In this document: in pieces, positions 23,439 to 32,389 of the stretch
Layout of the letters: each line of letters opens with the position of its first letter
How positions within the stretch are numbered: position 1 is the stretch's first letter
Assembly (NCBI RefSeq): GCF_001194135.2
Contig: NC_068993.1
Coordinates: 13,710,165 to 13,742,553 of the forward strand
Source of the DNA: Octopus bimaculoides
Lineage: Eukaryota
Direction: 5' to 3'
Length of the DNA stretch: 32,389 bases
Notes under the pieces: generated by a model
The model's database searches: none
What the model saw: the letters and a program-made list of their open reading frames with translations, nothing else
Told to the model about the DNA's origin: nothing
Translations under genes and position numbers: made by a program

Positions 23439-23458
23439 GACGATGATGACGATGATTA
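23160..23458. repeat. (AAT)n grading into (GAT)n microsatellite
   Basis: Directly visible. Confidence 0.95.
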
Positions 23459-23784
23459 TGGTCTCGTTCCTACGATTATTAGTGTTATTCTTATAGTTAT
23501 TGGTACAATAATTATTATAACTATTATAATTACTATCATTTGTATTTGAGATAGTGTTAAAAGTATATAAGGATGGGAAGCGCTAGGAAGACGAGGACGG
23601 AAGTGAAAGTAGAAGGGAAGCTAATTACAATGATATAAGGACAATAAGAAGAATCAATATCATAATCGTGTACGACTGGTTGCATTAAAAACAGGCAAAA
23701 ATGCCCAACTGCAAAGGATACTGTGATGCAGCCATTGCAATATATCTCTGCTATATCTATATATCTATATATTGCTTCATATAT

Positions 23785-23786
23785 AT

Positions 23787-23852
<66 letters not shown>

Positions 23853-23935
23853 GCAAACACATACAAATGTGCCTATACAAATATACAGACACACACACAC
23901 ACATCCACACACACAAGCACAAACACACACACATA
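23785..23935. repeat. (TA)n plus degenerate (CA)n
   Basis: Directly visible. Confidence 0.9.
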
Positions 23936-24818
23936 TTTGTATATATACGTGTTTGAATATGTGGGTGTGTGTTTATCTGTTTGTTTTAATCCCAAGCGCA
24001 GTCTCCACTTCACAATATACACCGACAATATTGCTAATAACCATCATCTTTACATCGGTAAGCACTGGAATGACCAAAACGCTCACACCTCAAGGGATTG
24101 TAGAAAATCAAACAGCATTTATGTAAAATAAACACAAGAATATTTATCAATTAATCTATCTCTACAACTATACATCACTCAACTTATCCGTGCATACATA
24201 TACATTAATGTACAAACATACAAACATATATTCACGCACACGTTCTGTGTATGTATCTGTATGGCTGTGTATGTGTGAATGTGCGTGATGTGTTCGCAAG
24301 AAGGCATCAAGACATTATAGAATAGACAGAGACTCATAGAGAATGAGAATAGTAGAGAAAATAATCAAGATGGTAAAATAATAACCATGTACTTTTCCAA
24401 GTGAAATATGTGCACCTGTTAAACCTTCTATTACTTGCTGAAATAACTGGAATGCACTGGAATACTCTTATTGCTCCAATATAATGTTAATAATAAGTGC
24501 TTCTAATTTATGCACGAGTCTGGAGGTTTGTAGGAACATGATGATATTAGACCGAACTGACGCCATCATATGTCTGCTATTTATTTTATCGCACCAGAGG
24601 AGTAGGGTCTTAAACACTTACACGCATATGTATNNNNNNNNNNNNNNNNNNNNNNNNNNNNNNNNNNNNNNNNNNNNNNNNNNNNNNNNNNNNNNNNNNN
24701 NNNNNNNNNNNNNNNNNNNNNNNNNNNNNNNNNNNNNNNNNNNNNNNNNNNNNNNNNNNNNNNNNNNNNNNNNNNNNNNNNNNNNNNNNNNNNNNNNNNN
24801 NNNNNNNNNNNNNNNNNN

Positions 24819-25031
24819 CTATAGAAGATAAAGCCTGAAATTTTGTGGGAGGTGCTTGTCGATTAAATCGAGTTCAGTGTTCATCTGGTATTTACTTTAT
24901 GGCACCCTGAAAGAATGGAAGGCGCAGTTGTGCTCGACTGATTTTGAACTCAGAACGCCAATAATGCTAAAATGATCAATGTCGCCAAATATTTCGCACG
25001 ATGTGGTAACGATTCTCCCAGTTTCCCGCCT
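24819..25031 (-). mobile_element. SINE family A
   Basis: GCCTGAAATTTTGTGGGAGG...TTTTGAACTCAGAACG...GTAACGATTCTCCCAGTTTCCCGCC. Confidence 0.82.
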
Positions 25032-25071
25032 TATTATTATTATTATTGATAATTATATATTTGTAATAATT

Positions 25072-25247
25072 TTAGCACAAGTCAATCAATGTTAGGGAAG
25101 TGGTTTAGCCGATTATATCGACCCTGTGCTTATTTTGCCGAACCAGAAATGATGAAAAGTAAGTCAGAAGGTACAGAAAGTACAGCCGGACATAAATGTC
25201 ACTACAACTTTTTTCCGGCCTGCCTACGACTCTGCCGGCTCACCGCC
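25072..25247 (-). mobile_element. SINE family A, strongly diverged
   Basis: GATTATATCGACCCTGTG...TTTTTCCGGCCTGCCTACGACTCTGCCGGCTCACCGCC. Confidence 0.7.
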
Positions 25248-25277
25248 TTTAGTAATAGTAATAATTATTTCTATTAT

Positions 25278-25482
25278 AGCCATCAAGCTTGAAATTTTGT
25301 GGAGAGGGTACTATCCAATTACATTGACCTCTGTACTTTACAGGTATTTATTTCATTGAACGCGTAAGTATGAAAGGCGAAGTCAACCTCATCAGGATTT
25401 GAACTCAGAACACAAAGATAAACAAAATACTGACAAGACTTTTGCCCAAGCGCTTACTACTATTTTGCCAATGCGAAGTCTT
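25278..25482 (-). mobile_element. SINE family A
   Basis: GCTTGAAATTTTGTGGAGAGG...TGAAAGGCGAAGTCAACCTC...GATTTGAACTCAGAAC. Confidence 0.8.
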
Positions 25483-25535
25483 AAGGCGATTTTTTAAGTC
25501 GCTAGCACTTCAACTTCGTTGATATGAAGCAACGT

Positions 25536-26530
25536 ATTATGGCGTGACAAAAGTTTTGCAATATTTGCAGAGGTACTAAGGCGGCGAGCTAGCAGAAACG
25601 TTAGCAAACAGGGCGAAATTCTTATTGGTATTTCGTCTGTCTTAACGTTCTAAGATATAATTCCGCCGACTTTCCCTTTCATCCTTTCGGAGTCGATAAA
25701 TTATGTGCCAGTTGCGTACTGGGTTATATCTAATCGATTGGCCCTCTCCCCACAAAATTTCGGGCCTTGTGCCTAGAGTAGAAAAGAATATTTGCATAGG
25801 TACTAGTTTAAAGAGTGAATATCATGTGACCGAAGTAGTTGAAACCATGGTAAGTACCCAACAAGAGTGTTAGTATCGTGGTAGTTGGTGCGCCGATGGG
25901 TTGAGCGTTGCTTCATTTCGTAGGTGATTTGAAAGATGCACACATTAGCGTGCAAGGTTGGTACATCGGGAACCTATGATTTACGAGTTCGAACTGGGCC
26001 ATTACAACGCGAAAGTAACCCAAAACATTTTTAGGGAGAAAGATGATAGGACAGTTGAACAAAGCAGAGTAAACAGATGGTTTAAGAAATTTTGCTGAGA
26101 CGCAAGAACCTCGACGATGAGGCAGCGTCAGGTAGGCATAAAACCGTTGATTCCAAGGCCGTGCTTCAGTCCATACAGGCAAATTCAGCGTTGGGAAAGT
26201 ATTGACTGAATTCACGGATGCAGTGTACGGCGAAAATACCATGTATTAATTAAAACAATGCGTGTGCTTCTGAAGCATGACCGCGCAAGACCTCATACCA
26301 CTCGATCGACCCGGAATAAAATCCGGAAACTTGAGGGAATTGAACTGATGCCGCAATCAGCATATAGGTCGAAATTGGCTCCATTGGATTATTACTTGTT
26401 CCGAGCCAGGGCCCACTTCCTGCGCTCGCGACTTTTCATCAACCAAAAAAATTATGTAAGCTTCAGTGAAGGAGTTCTTCGAATCGATGGACAAAAACTG
26501 GTGTCAGTGTGTGATCAAAAATCCATAAAG
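25536..26530 (+). mobile_element. Internally deleted mariner remnant (interrupted by a SINE)
   Basis: 25976-26190 reads MIYEFELGHYNAKVTQNIFREKDDRTVEQSRVNRWFKKF*..KNLDDEAASGRHKTVDSKAVLQSIQANSA (HTH region). 26258 onward reads VLLKHDRARPHT...IELMPQSAYRSKLAPLDYYLFR (degenerate HDNARPH and YSPDLAP.DY motifs). The left boundary (TIR-like TATTATGGCGTGACAAAAGTT) is tentative. Confidence 0.88.
25579..25786 (+). mobile_element. SINE family A, full length with a 19-bp target-site duplication
   Basis: Starts AGGCGGCGAGCTAGCAGAAACGTTAGC and ends GGGCCTTGTGCCTAGAGTAGAAAAG. Flanked by AATATTTGCAGAGGTACTA (25560-25578) and AATATTTGCATAGGTACTA (25787-25805). Confidence 0.93.
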
Positions 26531-26807
26531 TAAATACCAGATGAAATCTGAAATCGATTTAATCGACTAGCACCTTCCACAATATTCCAGGCTTTATGTA
26601 TATAGTAAATTATTACTGGTAATATTAATCGGTAGAACATTACAAATATGACCCAAAGCTGGTGTAAGAGTGGTTGAAAAGAGGTTTCATGCGATGCACA
26701 CGATACCTTTTACTTTGAATGTCTGGTTGCTTTTGTTGTATATTGAATAAAGATCTTGATGCAGAACTTTTGACTCAATATATTTTATTTTACTGACCAA
26801 ATCTACA

Positions 26808-26830
26808 TTGGGGGGACAAGGACAGACAAA

Positions 26831-26892
<62 letters not shown>

Positions 26893-26990
26893 CGCACACA
26901 CACACACACACATACATATATACGACAGACGTCTTTCAGTTTCCGTCTACCAAATTAACTCCCAAGGCTTTTGTCGGACCGAGGCTATAG
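26808..26990 (-). mobile_element. SINE family B middle part with expanded (CA)n, cut by a gap
   Basis: GGGGGACAA..(CA)n..TATACGACAGACGTCTTTCAGTTTCCGTCTACCAAATT...GTCGGACCGAGGCTATAG. Confidence 0.85.
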
Positions 26991-27170
26991 NNNNNNNNNN
27001 NNNNNNNNNNNNNNNNNNNNNNNNNNNNNNNNNNNNNNNNNNNNNNNNNNNNNNNNNNNNNNNNNNNNNNNNNNNNNNNNNNNNNNNNNNNNNNNNNNNN
27101 NNNNNNNNNNNNNNNNNNNNNNNNNNNNNNNNNNNNNNNNNNNNNNNNNNNNNNNNNNNNNNNNNNNNNN

Positions 27171-27233
<63 letters not shown>

Positions 27234-28438
27234 ATATGTATGTATATGTATATGTATACATATATGTACACACGCGCACAAACACGCACACACATAGAAA
27301 TATCATTCAGGTGTAGGCGTAGAAGTCTCTAAGTATATGAGTTTAGGTCTATGTCTATGCTTGCGTAGGAAGTGTGTTGGTGTTAAATTTATCCTTTTTA
27401 TATATTTCTTTTTTTATTTCTCATTATATCTTATTGTCACTTTCACTCTGTAATCATGTAAATCTATTTGATACATTCCGAATGCTGGAATTAACGTGAT
27501 AAAATACTTAGCGATGTTTCTGTTGTTAGTTGTAACTGTCATGTTAAAGCTAACTCTTTTTTATTTGTAGTTGTTTTACTGCAAAGTGTTGGTACAGGTG
27601 GAACAAGTGAAATATATGTATAAATTAAGATGGAAATCACTCACCAAGTAGCGATATATCTTGACTGAGTAGTCATTTAAAGTTTGTTAAGGATGATGAA
27701 GATGATAAAGATTGTAGAGTCGAAATTCAGTATAGCAATTATTGTTTACAACTTCGCTAATTGGCACCATGAACTAAAGAAAATGAGAGCAAAGTATCTA
27801 GTCAGAGAAAATTTATGTCTAATTACACTTCTTTCACTACATTAATATTATTATGTTTTATTTTTTTTTTCTGACATCATATTCACTAGCCTTATATTTG
27901 GTTCGTAAATTCACTGCACAACCGGGCACAGCTGCGTACGCCTTACCTAATATCAAATGTGTTATCGTTTTCTTTTCTTCCAATTTTTTTTCTCAGTTGA
28001 TTGTACTTCAAGTAATTTTTCTATAGTCCCTAGAAATGCTAGTTTCTTTAAGCAGGGGAATTTTTTTTTAATTTGTTCGATCTCAGATATAATTTTGTAC
28101 GCATTTTTTTAAATCCAAATACGCTAAATAACATAGGAATAGTTTCGAATTTTCATATTCTTGTTTTTGAAATTTCCAGATGCTATTCCTTGCGAAGACT
28201 GACAATATCTTGGGGAAAGGAAAGAAATCTATTTATTAGTAATCCTTTACAGAAGTATCCTGGCTATCAATATTGATCCACAGGATAGTGTGGATCAATT
28301 AGTATAATCTTGAATAGTGCCGCATCGTCATTCCTCAGACATTTAATTATTTATACAATATATATTATTTATATTATATATATTATTATATAATATATAT
28401 TTTATATAATAAAACTTTTAAGATGATAGCTTTTATCT

Positions 28439-28740
28439 TTTACTTGTTTTAACCAATAAACCGAGGTCAGGCGGCGGTATCGCGTTCAAGAATTTTAATC
28501 GAACTGATCGATACCAGCAATACCTTTTTTTAAACTATGTTACTTATTCCTTCGGTGCGTAAACTCACCAACACCGGTTGTAAAGTAGTTGTGAGAGACA
28601 AAAACTCGAAGTCAAACACACAGGTACATACATACATACATACATACAGAAATACATACACACACATAAATACATACACCCATCAATACATACACACATA
28701 AATACATACACACATAAACACATATATCTAGACACATATA
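28439..28740 (-). mobile_element. SINE family B 3' part, diverged, plus internal microsatellite
   Basis: TTTACTTGTTTTAACC...TACTTATTC..TCGGT...CACCAACACCGGTTGTAAAG parallels 17202-17385. Confidence 0.7.
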
Positions 28741-29149
28741 TTTCATGCGTTAGGACAAGTGGATTCCTGCTGCGATTCGTATTTTCCTAGCATATAAATA
28801 TAGACATACATATAAACGTACGATATGTTTACAATTGAGGGCTTGAGATTATGGTCCACATTACGGGTGTGAAAGTTTATATTAATAGTGATGATAGTAG
28901 TTGGTACTAAAGGTAGTAGATCTCCAGGTAGTGACCAAGATATTGTATTAGTTTCCGTTATTTTTTAGTCAAAAAGTTGCTGAATCCCTGTGACACAAGT
29001 ATTTGAGGCTTTTATGTGTTTTGAAGCGGAATAAGGTCTCAGATGATAAAACAGTTGTATTTTATGTTTCCTTGTATCTGTCTAAATCGTTTTCACGTTC
29101 AATGAAATACTGATTTGTTTAAAAACTTTTTTCTACGATCCGCGAAGCA

Positions 29150-29238
29150 GATAACACTCTCCTTCTCCTCCTCATCCATGTCATCGTCGTCGTCGTCGTC
29201 GTTGTCCCGCCCTCCTCCACCTCCTCCTCCTCCTCCTC

Positions 29239-29272
<34 letters not shown>

Positions 29273-29490
29273 CTTCACCCTCCTCTTCCTCCTACTTCTA
29301 TTCCTCGTCCACCTCCTCTTTTCCTCTTCCGTTCTCCTCTTTCCGCCTTCCTCCTCTGTCCGTCCTCCTCCTTCTACTCCTCCTGTACTCGTACCCTCTT
29401 CCTCCTACCCTTCTCCTCCTCCGCTACCCTCCTCTCCTCCCCTGCTCTTCCTCTCCTGCCCTTCCTCCCCTGCTCTTCCTCTTCTTTCGG
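29150..29490. repeat. Pyrimidine-rich low-complexity tract with (TCG)n, (CCT)n and (ACT)n
   Basis: Directly visible. Confidence 0.92.
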
Positions 29491-29874
29491 ACAGTCGTGC
29501 TACCTAGGTAACATTAACTGCATTCTGTACACTGGATCCGATGACGTATGCTATATGTATACTGATATAACATTTTGAGAATGCCAAGTTAACCAGAGCT
29601 TATAGCTTTCTGGCAGGTCAAGACTGACAAACTGGAGATAATTATTTCTTGACTTTGTATATTAATGCCGTTCCGAATTATCTTAGCAAACTGTGGGCAG
29701 CTATGTTATATAGAGGAACATATTTTTGAACTAATGTTTGTATGATTCAATTCAGTGCTAGGGCAAGTTTAGGACGGCATTGCAAAAAACCTCACATATT
29801 TAGGATGCTTGTAAATAACAGGACGTATTATAAGATGTTTCTTGAACAAAAAAAAAAGAAAAAGTAATAATGAC

Positions 29875-29902
29875 AATAACAACAACAACAACAACAACAA
29901 CA

Positions 29903-29975
<73 letters not shown>
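29875..29975. repeat. (AAC)n/(AAT)n microsatellite
   Basis: Directly visible. Confidence 0.95.
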
Positions 29976-29977
<2 letters not shown>

Positions 29978-30405
29978 GTAAAATAACTACATGTAGAATT
30001 ATCTGAAAATGGTATTTAATATACTTTTAATTAATTTTTCATCCCTTTTGATTTCCAATAAATATAATCAGAAATATCATGCAAATATAATTCTCTAGTT
30101 ACTTAGATTTGCATACATTTTAATTATTATAATGGACTCTAATTAAATGGTTCAGATATCTGAACTAAATAGTTATATTATTTTATTTCTATCATCTGTT
30201 TAAATAATGTTCATACGACAACTATAATTAGTAGTCATTTCAATATTATTTTAACAAAATAACAACATTCCACCTCCAATATAATCACACGCATACACTG
30301 ACACACACGAATTCACTCGCACACACAAACACACACACACACACACACACACATACATACACACAAACACACACACACACACACACAATGACAGTTACAT
30401 ATATT

Positions 30406-30475
30406 TGACTGGCTTCTTACAGTTTCCGTCTAGCAAATCCCTTCACAAAGCTCTGGTATGCTCGAGGTTATCTGG
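30406..30475 (-). mobile_element. SINE family B fragment
   Basis: GACTGGCTTCTTACAGTTTCCGTCTAGCAAATCCCTTCACAAAGCTCTGG resembles the reverse complement of 30830-30893. Confidence 0.75.
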
Positions 30476-30739
30476 TGAGAATCATGTGTATATCACACGT
30501 GTATTCTATATTAAAAACAATATCTTGAGAGTAGGTGTAACACTACTAAATAGATACTTTGTGCTGTACAGCAGTTTTATTATAACCAGGCGAGTGGTAT
30601 CACTAAACTACTTAAAATAATCGGAAAAAACCACTTATCATATCAGAATAAATTTATGCTTGGTTGCATTTCCCGCAAACTAGAGGAAACTTGAATTATT
30701 GACAAGAAAATCCTACGTTTCCCTTCAATGATATATACA

Positions 30740-31275
30740 GTGACTGTGTGGGAAGTAGCTTGCTTACCAACTACATATTCCCGGGTTCAGTCCCTCTGCG
30801 CAGCAATTTGCGAAAATTATCTCCTACTATAGCCTCAGTCCGACCAAAGCCTTGTGAGTGGATTTGGTAGACGAAGATTGAAAGAAGTCCGTCATATATA
30901 TATATATATANNNNNNNNNNNNNNNNNNNNNNNNNNNNNNNNNNNNNNNNNNNNNNNNNNNNNNNNNNNNNNNNNNNNNNNNNNNNNNNNNNNNNNNNNN
31001 NNNNNNNNNNNNNNNNNNNNNNNNNNNNNNNNNNNNNNNNNNNNNNNNNNNNNNNNNNNNNNGTGTGTGTGTGTATATGTGTGTCTGTGTTTGTCCCCCA
31101 CCATCGCTTGAGAACCGCTGGTGGTATTTTACGTCCCCGTAATATAGCGGTTCGGCAAAGAGAAACCGATAGACTAAGTACTAGGCTTACAAAGAATAAG
31201 TCCTGGGGTCGATTTTTTTCGACTAAAGGCGGTGCTCCATCATGGCAGCTGTCAAATGACAGAAACAAATAAAAA
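30740..31275 (+). mobile_element. SINE family B, full length, with a gap in its internal microsatellite
   Basis: A-box-like TGACTGTGTGG (30741-30751) and B-box-like GGTTCAGTCCC (30784-30794), central (TA)/(GT) repeat with gap 30911-31062, then the tail ...GGCGGTGCTCCATCATGGCAGCTGTCAAATGACAGAAACAAATAAAAA. Confidence 0.9.
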
Positions 31276-31767
31276 TAGTAAAAAAATCACATCTCGCATT
31301 GAAGGATAAACCTTCACTATAAAGGAACAATAAGAAAGAGAAGGATACGCACAATTATAAAATTTCGATCACAAATTCTGATAGAAAATATCAATTGTGT
31401 CGATTGCAAGATATCAAGCATACCAGAACTTGCTCGATATTCTTTGCAGGTTACTTCGTTTCTATCAAACATGTCATTAGTTCTACAACAATTTTCAAAC
31501 AATTTCCTCGTGTTGTTCAAAGCAAAGACACACACGAAGCAGAATTTATTCAAACATTTAAAAATATAGAATTATAGTTCTGCAGTAAACCAAAAACCAA
31601 GACTCCAATGCAAGCATAACGATCTGATTCTACTGTCTTGTAGGCATGGAAATATCGCCTTATTTTGTGGATAATGAAGCAGTCTGTTAACTGAATTGAA
31701 ACCTAAAGCTCTTCTATCCAGGAAGTGCTGAAAATTTCTGACTTTATACGTATCACGGAAGATCTTG

Positions 31768-31935
31768 GTGGAGGCCCAACATTACGATTTCTGTTCTACA
31801 GGTCTTAGAAAAGCTGAAGGACCGATGCAATACGTGTGCGACTTTGAGAGGGGAATATCTATGATAAAATCATAATTAACTGATCCTCCTATACTTTCTT
31901 TTACTCAAAGCCAGGAACTTTTCACCACAACCTCA
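31768..31935 (+). mobile_element. Mariner 3' end remnant with TIR
   Basis: VEAQHYDFCSTG/LEKLKDRCNTCATLRGEY (one frameshift) matches the mariner C-terminus pattern ..FY..GI.KL..RW.KC....GEY. It ends AGGAACTTTTCACCACAACCTCA|TA, the reverse complement of a mariner-type TIR. Confidence 0.78.
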
Positions 31936-32002
31936 TATATTTCCATTTGGCCATTTTATCATAAAAACTCTGCACAAAGTAATAATCTTTCTATATTGTA
32001 GT

Positions 32003-32101
32003 TACAAGACCTGACATGCGGGGAGGGTGGCTTATCAATCACATCAAGGGGACCGCTCGATGGCACTTATTTCATCGACCCCGGAAATATAGAACGCAGA
32101 A
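32003..32101 (-). mobile_element. SINE family A 3' fragment, diverged
   Basis: ACAAGACCTGA...GGGAGGG...ATCAATCACATC...CACTTATTTCATCGACCCCGGAA. Confidence 0.6.
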
Positions 32102-32389
32102 TTATACTATGTCATAACAGAATCGCATAAAAGGTCTGAAATCCCGGGCCTTTTGTAAGTGAGAGTAAAGCAAACCTATTTGATTCCTTCACGCTAAATG
32201 TATAATACCCATTTGATTTTTCTGGACTGAATAAAAAAAAAAAAAAAGAAGCTCACTATCAAAGATATCCGTAATGCATACATACATGAACAGTAATGAA
32301 AGAGACGAACATCTGCATTAAACGGAATACATATGCCCATAGCCACACTTGCCCCTATTTATATGCGTACATCACTTCACTCATATATT

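Noticed and set aside
24002-24057. Possible 56-nt exon ending TCG|GTAAGC encoding a hydrophobic stretch (TPTILLITIIFTS)
   Set aside because: The acceptor is mediocre, there are no partner exons, and hydrophobic stretches are expected from AT-rich DNA.
27645-27659. 15-nt minus-strand microexon candidate before TTG|GTGAGT
   Set aside because: Weak acceptor with a competing upstream AG.
29115-29507. 130-aa S/P/T-rich ORF resembling a mucin or extensin
   Set aside because: It is fully explained by (TCG)n/(CCT)n/(ACT)n and a pyrimidine tract, with no supporting splice structure.
30740-30810. tRNA gene (A-box and B-box present)
   Set aside because: No complete cloverleaf; it is the tRNA-derived head of SINE family B.

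Overview
This window is AT-rich, microsatellite-dense animal DNA from a gapped draft assembly (about ten N-gaps, mostly at simple repeats). The two dispersed tRNA-headed repeat families look like those I recall from Octopus, so a coleoid cephalopod is inferred, not proven. I could not support any intact protein-coding gene. Most ORFs in the supplied track are microsatellite, N-gap or chance translations, and the few with real signal are transposase fragments, so the window is probably intronic or intergenic. It contains decayed Tc1/mariner-superfamily remnants (mariner x4, a rosa-like fold-back element, a Tc1 3' end, a Tigger-like MITE), about 15 SINE copies and many microsatellites. The stand-out is a well-formed minimal type I hammerhead ribozyme at 17695-17735 (+). 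It has the CUGAUGA/GAAA core, a GUC cleavage triplet and a palindromic ACUAGU helix III. It sits in a ~310-bp module between a (TA)n tract and a 499-N gap, consistent with a retrozyme or Penelope-like pseudo-LTR unit. All alignments and identities were judged by eye.
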